Shown: positions 10,985 through 20,085 of the stretch, in pieces
Layout of the letters: each line of letters starts with the position of its first letter
Position numbering within the stretch: position 1 is the first letter of the stretch
Assembly (NCBI GenBank): GCA_963743425.1
Contig: CAVUPU010000004.1
Location: forward strand, 334,910-398,909
Origin: an uncultured Acidobacteriota bacterium
GTDB lineage: Bacteria > Acidobacteriota > Blastocatellia > RBC074
Length of the DNA stretch: 64,000 nucleotides
Reading direction: 5' to 3'
Translations under genes and position numbers: made by a program
Notes under the pieces: generated by a model
The model's input: only the letters and a program-made list of their open reading frames with translations
Told to the model about the DNA's origin: nothing
Databases searched by the model: none

Positions 10985-11875
10985 ATGAACGGCAGAAGGG
11001 AGTTTCTGAAGTTTTCCGCAATTGGAGCGGCGGCCACGTTGCTGCCGAAAAGCGATCTCATCGGCTCGCCGACGCCGACTTCAGCGCAGGATGGGCGACT
11101 CAAAAAGGGCGCGCTCATCACTATGCTGCCCAGGCAGATGAGCTACCTGGATCGGTTCAAGCTTGCTGTTGATGTCGGCTTTGAAGGCATCGAGGCGCAG
11201 ACCGTCGCTGATCCGAAAGAGGCCGAGCAGATCAAGGAGGCTTCCGAGAAAGCGAAGATCAGAATTCATTCGGTGATGAATATGGGGCATTGGGATTGGC
11301 CGTTTTCAAGCCCCAATCCGGATGACGTGAAGAAAGGCGCCGAGCGGATGGAGATTTCATTGCGCAACGCGAAGCTCTGGGGCGCCGACACGGTCTTGCT
11401 CGTTCCGGCGGTGGTCAGACCCGACACGACCATTCCGCAAGCCTGGAGTCGTTCGCAGCCGCACATCAAGAAGCTCCTCCCGCTGGCCAGGGAGTTGGGC
11501 GTGGCCATCGCCATCGAGCCGGTCTGGAACAAGTTCCTCCTGACGCCTTACGACACCGCCAAATACGTGGACGAATTCAAGAGCCGGTGGGTCAAGGCCT
11601 ATTTCGACGTCGGCAACGTCGTGATGTACGGCTTTCCGCAGGAATGGATTCGCGCGCTCGGCAAACGGATCGTCAAATTCCACCTCAAGGATTTCAAGTA
11701 CGAAACCCGCCAATGGGTCCCGCTGCGCGAAGGCAGCGTCGATTGGAAAGAGGTTCGCAAAGCGATCGGAGAAATCGGATTCAGCGGATATTTAACCGTG
11801 GAACTGCAGGGCGGCGACGAGGCTTACCTGCGCGAAGTAAGCCGCCGCGTGGACATGATTCTGGCGGGGGAGTAA
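10985..11875 (+). CDS. sugar phosphate isomerase/epimerase (xylose-isomerase-like TIM barrel), TAT-exported
   Basis: Twin-arginine signal (MNGRREFLKFSAIGAAATLL), a TIM-barrel AP-endonuclease/XylA-like body, and the C-terminal motif YLTVELQGGDEA. Confidence 0.7.
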   Translation: MNGRREFLKFSAIGAAATLLPKSDLIGSPTPTSAQDGRLKKGALITMLPRQMSYLDRFKLAVDVGFEGIEAQTVADPKEAEQIKEASEKAKIRIHSVMNMGHWDWPFSSPNPDDVKKGAERMEISLRNAKLWGADTVLLVPAVVRPDTTIPQAWSRSQPHIKKLLPLARELGVAIAIEPVWNKFLLTPYDTAKYVDEFKSRWVKAYFDVGNVVMYGFPQEWIRALGKRIVKFHLKDFKYETRQWVPLREGSVDWKEVRKAIGEIGFSGYLTVELQGGDEAYLREVSRRVDMILAGE

Positions 11876-11898
11876 ACAGTCAGGCAAAGATTTTGAAG

Positions 11899-11998
11899 CA
11901 TTTTCCAATTTCCATTTTAGATTTGTCATTTGCCATTGGGGCGACCATGCGGTTCCGGCAATGGCAAATGACAAATCTAAAATGGAAATTGGAAAATG
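11899..11998. repeat. palindromic hairpin element, family B (arms CATTTTCCA(A)TTTCCATTTTA..TTTGTCATTTGCCATTG, loop containing GGTTCCGGCAATG)
   Basis: 40-nt arms sit between convergent genes 10985-11875 (+) and 12011-12556 (-). Other copies are at 15438-15538 and 43198-43294. Confidence 0.85.
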
Positions 11999-12010
11999 AA
12001 TATCGCTGTG

Positions 12011-12556
12011 TCATTTCAGCAACCGTTCGATCACACGAATGAGTTCGCCATATGCCTCGCCTTGATCGGCGCCGAATCCCACATGTTTGTGCGCCAGATT
12101 GCCCTGTTGGTCAATGATTACGACCGTCGGCACGGCGTCCAGACCGAAGGACTTGTAGGCTGTCTGATCGGGGTCGCGCAGCGCCGTGATTTTCAGATTA
12201 TGCTTCTGCGCGAAGGTCTGCAGATCGGCGTCCGAGGCGTAATTGCGCGCGCCGGGCTTCGAGCTGTTGATGCTCACCCAGTAGACCTGCACTCCGCGAA
12301 ACGAAAAACGATCGGCGAGCTTCTGCAGCGCGGGCAACTCTTTCGACGCCAACGGAACCCACGTCCCGCCAAACGACATCACCACGACCTTTCCCTTCTG
12401 ATCGGCCAGCCTGACCTCGCGCCCGTCAACCGAACGGAACGTGGCCGACAGGCTTTGCGTCAAAGTCGCGCTCGGAACCGGGCCCAGCCCCAATAGAATT
12501 GAAATAAAGCTCGCTTTTAATCGACGAAACATTCGATCACCTCCTTCTTCAGACAT
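12011..12556 (-). CDS. thioredoxin-fold (TlpA/redoxin-like) exported protein lacking the CxxC motif
   Basis: The length and pattern (KVVVMSFGGTWVPLASKELPALQKL...VPTVVIIDQQGNL) fit the redoxin fold, but FGGTWVP replaces WCxPC. A signal-like N-terminus is present. Confidence 0.55.
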   Translation of the reverse strand: MSEEGGDRMFRRLKASFISILLGLGPVPSATLTQSLSATFRSVDGREVRLADQKGKVVVMSFGGTWVPLASKELPALQKLADRFSFRGVQVYWVSINSSKPGARNYASDADLQTFAQKHNLKITALRDPDQTAYKSFGLDAVPTVVIIDQQGNLAHKHVGFGADQGEAYGELIRVIERLLK

Positions 12557-12563
12557 TGCGACG

Positions 12564-12640
12564 ACCGGTACAGTACCGCGAGCGGTAGCGAGCGGGTTAT
12601 CAGTCGATCCGCTCGCTACCGCTCGCGGTACTGTACCGGT
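12564..12640. repeat. palindromic hairpin element, family D (CGGTACAGTACCGCGAGCGGTAGCGAGCGG / inverse)
   Basis: 32-nt arms read from the sequence. A second copy is at 37966-38039. Confidence 0.85.
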
Positions 12641-12665
12641 TCGCCGAAATGACGCGGTTCAGATG

Positions 12666-13523
12666 CTAAATCCTCTTCAATGGTTCGATCAGCGTAAGTA
12701 TATGCCTCTCTATCGCTTCGGCTACGCCGTCTTCCTCATTTGACGAGGTCAATTCGAACCCCATCCGCTTCAATTCGTCTTCGGCGTTCGCCATCACCAC
12801 TCCGAGTCCCGCGTAGCGAAGCATCGTCAGATCGTTGTGATTGTCGCCTATGGCCATAATCTCTTCGCGCGGGACGCCGTGTTTCCGGGCGATCGTCGCC
12901 AGGCTCGCTCCCTTCGACGCTGTGACGCTCAGCGCGTCGAGAATCGTCAGATCGGCCGAACGATAGCGCGTTTTGAAAAGCTGAATCCGTTCGCCCATCG
13001 CGGCTTTCAATCGCGCCGCGAAATCGTCCATCGGATCGCACCGGCCCGAGAACATGATCTGAATCGGCGGGTGATCGATATATTCGAGCAGGTCGGAGAC
13101 GACGCTGACCGAATCGCGGTATTTGTCCAGATAACGATGCAGCGATTTGTTCTCTTCGGAGACGCCTTCAATAACCATCTTCCCAAGTCCATCGGGATCG
13201 TCGCAGCAGATCATGTCCGCGCCGCATTCGCGTCCAAAGCCGATAATGGCGCAGGCGATTTCAATATCGAGAGGATGATAATCGAGCGTTTCCAGCGTCT
13301 CCACGTTCTTGGTCAACGCTCCGTTGTGCGAAATCAGCGGCGCGTCCATGTCGAGCCGCTGCGCCAGTTCCCTGGCGGAATTAAAACGACGCCCGGTGAC
13401 GAGAACGATCTGAACGCCGAATTGGCGCGCCATGTTGATCGCCGCCGAGTTCCGAGGCGTGATTTCGCCATGAGGCGTGAGCAGCGTTCCGTCAATGTCA
13501 AGCGCAAGCAATTTGATTGGCAT
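12666..13523 (-). CDS. Cof-type HAD-IIB family hydrolase
   Basis: 285 aa. The N-terminal DIDGTL motif is followed by VLVTGRR and the C-terminal GDNHND motif. Confidence 0.85.
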   Translation of the reverse strand: MPIKLLALDIDGTLLTPHGEITPRNSAAINMARQFGVQIVLVTGRRFNSARELAQRLDMDAPLISHNGALTKNVETLETLDYHPLDIEIACAIIGFGRECGADMICCDDPDGLGKMVIEGVSEENKSLHRYLDKYRDSVSVVSDLLEYIDHPPIQIMFSGRCDPMDDFAARLKAAMGERIQLFKTRYRSADLTILDALSVTASKGASLATIARKHGVPREEIMAIGDNHNDLTMLRYAGLGVVMANAEDELKRMGFELTSSNEEDGVAEAIERHILTLIEPLKRI

Positions 13524-13603
13524 AAAACGAATGGCAATCTAACACGCGCATTGCGCGGTTTTCAAATTTGGTAAAGTCCAGCCTGGACTGCGGGCGTAAG
13601 CTA

Positions 13604-13634
13604 ACACGCGCGCCTTTCCGCGCGCATTTTTTTT
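13604..13634 (+). terminator. intrinsic-terminator-like hairpin (ACGCGCGCC-tttcc-GCGCGCA followed by T9)
   Basis: A GC stem followed by T9 on the + strand. It is preceded by a second hairpin (CGCGCATTGCGCG+GTTTT, 13546-13562) that shares the upstream motif CTAACACGCGC, and by the palindrome GTCCAGCCTGGAC. Confidence 0.45.
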
Positions 13635-13819
13635 ACCGCGTTCGCGTATCCGGCGGAAAAATGGCTCGGCCTTGTGATAGTATTATTCCAACCTCACAAG
13701 ATGATCTTAAAATTACTCCCGTGCGGTCCGCCGTTTTCACGCAGGTGGAAGAAATGTCCCTCCCCGAAGACCGAAACCTCTTCCCGACACAGGTCGCAAT
13801 CCAAACAGGAGAGTGAGTT

Positions 13820-14332
13820 ATGTCGCAAGACGCAGGCGCTCCTCAGTCGAAGCGCTCGCCAGGTCCGGCGTATGTCTATGGCCCGATGGTGTATCAGTTC
13901 CCGACTGACCGAGAGGGCGAGTATGAGAAAGGAAAACCCAGGAGCAATCAAGGTATCAATTTCCTGGTTCTTGTTTTGATCGTCGTGTTGGTGGTGGGAG
14001 GAGTGATCCTCTATCTGAAGGAGAGTGGAGTAGACATCAAACAGTTGAGTTTTAGACGCCCCATTATTGAAGAGCAGATTTTCAATCGCGCAAACGAAGA
14101 CCAGCGGCAATCGCCGGTCATAACTCAGGCCAGGATCGCCGCTGATAGTCTCTATCTGAGAGAAGGGCCTGGAGTAGAGTACGTGGCCACTTATCTGCTG
14201 CCTGAAAATTGGGATGTCTCGCTTGTAGGCGATTACCAGACGGATAATGATGGCGAGGTTTGGGCGAGGGTTCTCGTGGCTACCGACGAAGGCCTGCAGG
14301 AGGGCTGGGTGAGCCGAAGGTTCCTGGAATGA
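13820..14332 (+). CDS. membrane-anchored bacterial SH3 (SH3b) domain protein
   Basis: 170 aa with one TM segment (INFLVLVLIVVLVVGGVILYL) and a C-terminal SH3_3-like region (SLYLREGPGVEYVATYLLPENWDVSLVG...GEVWARV). Confidence 0.55.
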   Translation: MSQDAGAPQSKRSPGPAYVYGPMVYQFPTDREGEYEKGKPRSNQGINFLVLVLIVVLVVGGVILYLKESGVDIKQLSFRRPIIEEQIFNRANEDQRQSPVITQARIAADSLYLREGPGVEYVATYLLPENWDVSLVGDYQTDNDGEVWARVLVATDEGLQEGWVSRRFLE

Positions 14333-14390
14333 AAGCAAGCATGGAGTTCAAGCTTTAGCCCAAATCCACAGGTAAGAAGGCGCCGCGGGT

Positions 14391-14438
14391 CATATGCCAT
14401 ATGCCATATTTCATATGAAATATGGCATATGGCATATA
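14391..14438. repeat. palindromic hairpin element, family C (CATATGCCATATGCCATATTTCATATG / inverse; CATATGC heptads)
   Basis: It lies between convergent genes. A second copy is at 62431-62471. Confidence 0.85.
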
Positions 14439-14466
14439 GCCTGACACCTACTTGAACTCTATGCCT

Positions 14467-15441
14467 TTAACTGTAAGTGGCTCGTCTGAGGCGGTCCATC
14501 AAAGCCAAACCCAAACCCTCTGCAGCGACGGTTTGACAGAAGATGATTTCGACCCCTCGCTCATCGCATTCGCGGAAAAAATTGAATAATTCGCGCGCGT
14601 ATTCCTCGACGCCTTTGCAAATAAGGACTCGCTCGAAGGCGGTAGCGTTAGGCGGCGCTTTGAGCCCGATGTAGGCTGACGAGTTTGTAGGAACGGTGTA
14701 CTGAGGAAATGGAGCAAGGACGACTTTCGCTTTTGGGGCGTAATGGCGGTGCTTCATCCCCGGGCTTTTCGGAACGGCGAGGTCGGCCTCGCTCGATAGT
14801 TTGGTCTGCGGGATCACCTCCGACAACTCTTCGAGCGTGACGGCGCCGGCGCGCAAAATTACGGGCGTCTCTCCGGCGCAATCGACCACGGTCGATTCCA
14901 AACCGATCTTCGTCTGATCGCCTTTGAGGATGCAACTGATGCGGCCATTCAGGTCAGCCCTGGCCGCCTGCCACGTCGTGGGGCTTGGCCGGCCCGAGAG
15001 ATTCGCCGAAGGGGCGACTATGGGCGCGCCACAGGCGCGCAGAAATTGCCGCGCGACCGGGTCTTTCGGCATACGAACGCCGATGGTCTTCAGCCCCGCC
15101 GTCGCAATAGGCGGAACCTTTTCATTCTTAGGCAGGATCAGTGTCAGCGGTCCGGGGAAAAAAGCCTCGATCAGTTTCGCGGCGATCTCCGGAATTCCGC
15201 TCGTGATCTGTTCGAGTTGAGAGAGATCGAAGATGTGCGCGATCAACGGGTTGTCGGCGGGCCGTTCTTTCGCGATGAATATTTTCTTGACGGCTTCTTC
15301 GTTAAAGATGTTCGCGCCCAAACCGTAAACGGTCTCGGTCGGGAACGCGACCACTTCGCCGCGCTGAATGAATCGCGCAGCGATTGAGGGAGACTGCGTG
15401 ATTTTAGTTTTCACAGTGGCAATCGCTGAAGGAATTTCCAT
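14467..15441 (-). CDS. tsaC: L-threonylcarbamoyladenylate synthase (YrdC/Sua5 domain plus Sua5 C-terminal domain)
   Basis: 324 aa. The block VVAFPTETVYGLGANIFNEEAVKKIFIAKERP is the canonical YrdC sequence. Confidence 0.85.
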   Translation of the reverse strand: MEIPSAIATVKTKITQSPSIAARFIQRGEVVAFPTETVYGLGANIFNEEAVKKIFIAKERPADNPLIAHIFDLSQLEQITSGIPEIAAKLIEAFFPGPLTLILPKNEKVPPIATAGLKTIGVRMPKDPVARQFLRACGAPIVAPSANLSGRPSPTTWQAARADLNGRISCILKGDQTKIGLESTVVDCAGETPVILRAGAVTLEELSEVIPQTKLSSEADLAVPKSPGMKHRHYAPKAKVVLAPFPQYTVPTNSSAYIGLKAPPNATAFERVLICKGVEEYARELFNFFRECDERGVEIIFCQTVAAEGLGLALMDRLRRATYS

Positions 15442-15538
15442 TTTCCATTTTCCATTTTACGTTTGCCATTTACCATTGCGCGCCCCGTCCGGTTCCAGCA
15501 ATGACAAATGACAAATGTAATATGGAAAATGGAAAATG
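15438..15538. repeat. palindromic hairpin element, family B (copy 2)
   Basis: Arms CCATTTTCCATTTTCCATTTTACGTTTGCCATTTACCATTG / CAATGACAAATGACAAATGTAATATGGAAAATGGAAAATG, loop containing GGTTCCAGCAATG. Confidence 0.85.
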
Positions 15539-15540
15539 AG

Positions 15541-17232
15541 TCAGTAACGCATAGCCTCCACTGCGGCGTCAGACCAGGCTTCGAGTGGGGCGTAATCGTC
15601 AGTCAAAATCACGGCCCGGTTGCGCGGCAATTCGAGCCGCGACGCGAAGACGGCTTCGATGTAGCCGGTTCGCTTGATCTCCTCGGATGTCTTCATCGTG
15701 AACGGCGCGGCGTTCTCCGCCAGGTTGTCGGGAATATCGCCGCTGACCAGGAACATGGTCGACACGAAATTCCGCTTCTTGCCAATGAGCAGCCAGTTCG
15801 GCGAGAAGACTTGCGTCTTTCCGAATACGCTCTCCATCGTCGCCACAATCGATGATGCGACGCGGGAGGCTTCGCCGGAGACTCCTCCGACGATGTTGGC
15901 CACCACCAATCCATCGGCCGCCAGCCGCTTTTTCAAATCGGTGAATGCTTCGCGTGTGAGCAGATGGAAAGGCGGCGAATCGCCGCTGAAGGCGTCGAGC
16001 ACGATCACATCGTATTTTTCGGTCAGCCGCGATGTCTCGGTGCGCGCGTCTCCGATTATCACTTTGACCGAAGCGGGCAACCCGAAATATTCGCGCGCCA
16101 CTTTTTCCGACATCGGATCTATCTCGATGACCGTCACCTCCGACCCGGCTTCGGCCATCGCGCGCGCGCAAACTCCTGCGCCGAGGCCCCAGAACAGAAC
16201 CGTTTTCGGAATGCCTTTGATGGTCGCCAACCGCTCCAGACCGTAGGCGTATTTGGCGTAAGAGACATCGCCGATCATCGAACCCTGCTGCACGCCGTTC
16301 AGGAACAGGTAACGCACGCCGCCGCGATCGCTCACGACCAGATCTCCATAGGCCGACGGGACGCGCGCGGTCACCGGATAGAATTCGTTCTTATACAGCA
16401 CTTCGCGGTCGGCTTTGTCGCCAGCCCATTTTGCGCCGGCGCCGCTGAGGGCCAGGCCCATAAAGAGCCACAGGGCCGCCTGTTTCCTGGCCGCGAAGAG
16501 AAGATAGAAGACGGGCACGATCGCCAGAGCGACGGCGGTCGAAATGATGGCGGCGTGAACCGTCATATTCGGAATCAGCAGGAGTGAAACCAGAAGACTG
16601 CCCGCGACCGAGCCTATGGTCGAAAGGGCGTAAAGATTGCCGACGCTGGCGCCCAGGCGTTGATGGTTAGCCGCCACGCGCACAGCCATCGGAGAGAGCA
16701 TTCCGAGCAGGAACAGCGTGGGGAGAAAAAGCAGAGTCGCCGCCATAAATGTCCCGCTGACCATCCCCGCGTCGTAAGCCACGCTCAGCACCGGCCGCGC
16801 GCTCAGATCGGAAAGCAACAGCGTCCCTCCGGCGCATGCCATGACGGTCATCAACGCCCCCAGGCCGGGGCGGCGATCAGCCACCCGCCCCCCGACCGCA
16901 TAACCGACCGCCAACGCGGCCAGCGTCACTGTGATCAGCGCGCTCCAGACGTGAAGCGTGGTCCCGAAGCTCGGCGCCAGAACGCGCGAGCCTAAAATTT
17001 CAACCACCATCACCGCCGCGCCGCCGATCATTACCGCCGCGCGCAACAACCACGCGCGCGCGCCTGTCAGCTCCAGATCCTCCGCAGGATCTGGAGCTTC
17101 ATCGCGCGATTTCATCGGCGCAAACCCCACCTGCCCCTGCCCGGATTGCTCGGATTGCCCGGCAGGTTTGGCATTCACAATTGATTGCACGGCAAGACTT
17201 CCTCCAAAAGATTTCCGCTTTTCTCCCCACAA
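15541..17232 (-). CDS. fused multi-TM domain / spermidine synthase-like (PABS) family protein
   Basis: The N-terminus has about 7 TM helices. The C-terminus has the SpeE-like methyltransferase core (VLFWGLGAGVCARAMAEAG..VTVIEIDP...VIVLDAF). The true start may be at MKSRDEA (17115). Confidence 0.7.
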   Translation of the reverse strand: MWGEKRKSFGGSLAVQSIVNAKPAGQSEQSGQGQVGFAPMKSRDEAPDPAEDLELTGARAWLLRAAVMIGGAAVMVVEILGSRVLAPSFGTTLHVWSALITVTLAALAVGYAVGGRVADRRPGLGALMTVMACAGGTLLLSDLSARPVLSVAYDAGMVSGTFMAATLLFLPTLFLLGMLSPMAVRVAANHQRLGASVGNLYALSTIGSVAGSLLVSLLLIPNMTVHAAIISTAVALAIVPVFYLLFAARKQAALWLFMGLALSGAGAKWAGDKADREVLYKNEFYPVTARVPSAYGDLVVSDRGGVRYLFLNGVQQGSMIGDVSYAKYAYGLERLATIKGIPKTVLFWGLGAGVCARAMAEAGSEVTVIEIDPMSEKVAREYFGLPASVKVIIGDARTETSRLTEKYDVIVLDAFSGDSPPFHLLTREAFTDLKKRLAADGLVVANIVGGVSGEASRVASSIVATMESVFGKTQVFSPNWLLIGKKRNFVSTMFLVSGDIPDNLAENAAPFTMKTSEEIKRTGYIEAVFASRLELPRNRAVILTDDYAPLEAWSDAAVEAMRY

Positions 17233-17352
17233 AGATTGCGGAGAGTTTCAAGGCATCGAAGCTGCGTCGCGGGTGATTAGGGAAGAAGTTAATGGGACCA
17301 GCCTCAAACGCGTAGTTAGAATAAGTCAAAACGCGGCGACTTTCCACCCATA

Positions 17353-17446
17353 GGAATGGGGAGTGGGGAATGGGGAGTGGGGAGTGGGGAAAGCGATCTG
17401 TAGCATCTCATCCTCCCATTCCCCATTCCCCACTCCCCATTCCCCA
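17353..17446. repeat. palindromic hairpin element, family A (copy 2; GGGGAGT/GGGGAAT heptads)
   Basis: GGAATGGGGAGTGGGGAATGGGGAGTGGGGAGTGGGGA ...loop... TCCCATTCCCCATTCCCCACTCCCCATTCCCCA, in the divergent intergenic region. Confidence 0.85.
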
Positions 17447-17791
17447 AGCGTGCCCGCTTTACTGCCCCTTCGACGCAAACTATAATCTCGCAAAACCGGA
17501 TTCATTTACCGTTCTATACAGAACAGAAGAGCCAAAGAAAGTCCCTTGCCTGTGAGCGAGGGATGGATTTGGCACGGCGCTTCTCTCAAGGAACAAGAGA
17601 TTAACTGGAATCCTCCTCGCGGTAGGGCATACCGAGAGGCTAAACGCTTGTGGAGCGAGTGTAAGACCTGCCACGGTAGGCTGTTCGTGATGAAGCAGGC
17701 ATCTTGCCGCTTCCGGCGGTGAGAGTGTCAACGTTCTTTACTGTACGCTGCGCTGAAAATCAAAGTCGCTTATCGGAGGAAGTTACTAATT

Positions 17792-18814
17792 ATGAAAAAG
17801 CGTCGTTGGCTCAACGGATGCCCGCTCATCGTCTTTGCGCTGCTCTTCGGCCTTGTGGCCGTGGACGCTCAACAACCCAAGCCCCAACCGAAGCAGGGCG
17901 ACAAGAACAAATCTGCAGATGACAAGCAGGACCCACTCAATCCAGGGCAGATCACAACTATCAACGTGAGGCTGCCGGTTACGGTCACGGACAAGAACGG
18001 ACGTTTCATCGTCAACCTGAAGGAGACCGACTTCCAACTTATTGAAGATAAAGTTCCGCAGGCTATCATTTCGTTTCAACCTCAAAGCAACCTGCCGCTG
18101 GACGTCGCGATGCTGATGGATACCTCGAACAGCGTCAAACCGAAACTGAAGTTCGAAAAGGACGCGGCCTATTCATTCCTCGAAACGGTGCTCAAATATC
18201 GCCAGGATCGCGCGCTGTTCGCCACCTTCGATTCGCAGGTCGAGCTTCATCAGGATTTGACCAACCGCCTGGACTTGCTGACCAAGTCGATCGACAAGGT
18301 CAAGGCGCAGGGCGGGACCAGGATGTATGACGCGATCTACAGCGTCTGCGAAGAGAAGATGATGTCGCCCGCCTCGCTCGGCCGCCGCCGCGCGATGGTC
18401 GTCATCACCGACGGCGAGGACACCGAAAGCGACCACACACTGCAAGACGCGATTGAAATCGCGCAACGCTCCGAAACCACTATCTTCGCGATCAGCACGA
18501 AAGCCGGCGGATTTTTCGGCGTGCAGGCGGGAATGGTTGATCGCAGGGAAGACAAGGAACTTAAGCGGCTGGCCGAAGAGACCGGCGGGCGCGCTTTCTT
18601 CACCGCCGAAGTGATCGAGCTGGAAAAAAGCCTCACAACGATTGCGCGAGAATTGCGCAGCCAATACCAGATCGCTTACGAACCGGCCAATAATAAATAC
18701 GACGGCAAAGAACGCCAGATTGAAGTGAAACTTCCGAACCACAAAGGACTGAAGGTCAGAACCAAATCCGGCTACAAGCCGATTCCGCCCCGTGCGACGA
18801 CCGCGAGCCAGTAG
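17792..18814 (+). CDS. VWA domain-containing secreted protein (VWFA-related acidobacterial-type domain)
   Basis: Signal peptide. DxSxS MIDAS motif (LMDTSNS), GGTRMYDAIY, ITDGEDT, and the C-terminal LKVRTKSGY characteristic of this family. Confidence 0.8.
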   Translation: MKKRRWLNGCPLIVFALLFGLVAVDAQQPKPQPKQGDKNKSADDKQDPLNPGQITTINVRLPVTVTDKNGRFIVNLKETDFQLIEDKVPQAIISFQPQSNLPLDVAMLMDTSNSVKPKLKFEKDAAYSFLETVLKYRQDRALFATFDSQVELHQDLTNRLDLLTKSIDKVKAQGGTRMYDAIYSVCEEKMMSPASLGRRRAMVVITDGEDTESDHTLQDAIEIAQRSETTIFAISTKAGGFFGVQAGMVDRREDKELKRLAEETGGRAFFTAEVIELEKSLTTIARELRSQYQIAYEPANNKYDGKERQIEVKLPNHKGLKVRTKSGYKPIPPRATTASQ

Positions 18815-18929
18815 CCGAGATCGTGAACGACGACGGCCGCGAGCTTCCCCTTCTCTCGGCGGCGAAAAGAAAAAAATCCGAAGACCGCGACTGCGGAACC
18901 TCACGGCGCCTCGCGGAAGGAGAAGAGAG

Positions 18930-20012
18930 ATGAAGATTACAACTCGCGCTGGGGGCCTCGCAATCGCCGCGACGATGGCGGCGGCGCTCTCATACGCGTT
19001 TGCGCCTCAACCGCGCGCCAACGCCCGACAAGACATCAAGCAAGACAAGGGGCAGGATCAGAAAAAATCCCAGCAGCAGAAACAACAGCCGCCGCAACAG
19101 CCACAGAAGAAAGAAGACGAACTTACGCTCAAGTTCGGCGCCAAGCTCGTCAACGTGCTCTTCAGCGTTCAGGACAAACAGAACCGCTACCTCAACGATC
19201 TGAAACAGGAGGATGTTCAAATCCTCGAAAATGGCCAGCCTCAGGACATCTTCACTTTCAAGCGCGAACTCGATCTGCCGTTGACGATGGCAATCCTGGT
19301 CGATGTCAGTGGCAGCGAGCGGTTCACATTGCCGTATTTGAAGGAGGCCGGCGGGCGTTTCGTCGATTCGGTAGTCCGCTCCAGCAAAGACACCGTCGCC
19401 GTGCTAAAATTCGAGGGCGAAGCGACCGTCATGCAGGAGCTGACCTCGAATCCAAAGCGCGTCCGCAAAGCGCTCGAGGAGATCGCATTCATTGCGCCGC
19501 CTCCGGTCAGCATATACGGCGGCTCGACTCCGCCGATCAACGGCGGATCGCGGCAGGGCGGGACTTCGCTTTACGATGCGATCATCGCCACCTCCGCCGA
19601 CATGCTGGCCAGAGAGCCGGGCCGCAAGACGATCATTGTTTTCACCGACGGTGTTGACACCACCAGTCGTATGAAGCTGGACGAGGCGATCAACGAAGCG
19701 CTGCGCGCCGAGGTCGTGATCTATTCGATCGGCATCGGCGATCCGGGCTTTGGCGGCGTCAATGAAGGCGTGCTCAAAAAGCTCTCTGAATCGACCGGCG
19801 GGCGCGCCGTCTTCCCGGATGGCGTCCGCGACCTGGACAAGGCGTTCGCGCAATTGGAGCAGGACCTGCGCCAGCAATACCTGCTCGCCTATGAACCGAA
19901 AAACGAAGCCCCCGACGGAGGCTTCCGCAAGCTGGAAATTCGGTTGGTAAATCAAAACGCCAAGAATTTGAAGATTCGACATCGCAAAGGTTATTACGCG
20001 CCTCAAGGATAA
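18930..20012 (+). CDS. VWA domain-containing secreted protein (paralog of the preceding gene)
   Basis: Start MKITTRAGGLAIAA (signal peptide). Motifs VDVSGSE, GGTSLYDAI, FTDGVDT and the C-terminal LKIRHRKGYY. Confidence 0.8.
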   Translation: MKITTRAGGLAIAATMAAALSYAFAPQPRANARQDIKQDKGQDQKKSQQQKQQPPQQPQKKEDELTLKFGAKLVNVLFSVQDKQNRYLNDLKQEDVQILENGQPQDIFTFKRELDLPLTMAILVDVSGSERFTLPYLKEAGGRFVDSVVRSSKDTVAVLKFEGEATVMQELTSNPKRVRKALEEIAFIAPPPVSIYGGSTPPINGGSRQGGTSLYDAIIATSADMLAREPGRKTIIVFTDGVDTTSRMKLDEAINEALRAEVVIYSIGIGDPGFGGVNEGVLKKLSESTGGRAVFPDGVRDLDKAFAQLEQDLRQQYLLAYEPKNEAPDGGFRKLEIRLVNQNAKNLKIRHRKGYYAPQG

Positions 20013-20085
20013 TTCACACGACTGGAAACGGGACTTTTATATTTGGCTGCCGCTGGCTTGCCTCTCGTGGGCGTTCGCCTGGCGC

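Noticed and set aside
13568-13979. Small + strand ORFs (13568-13816, 13674-13979) upstream of and overlapping the SH3 gene
   Set aside because: They have no RBS or domain support and overlap terminator-like hairpins or a better-supported gene.
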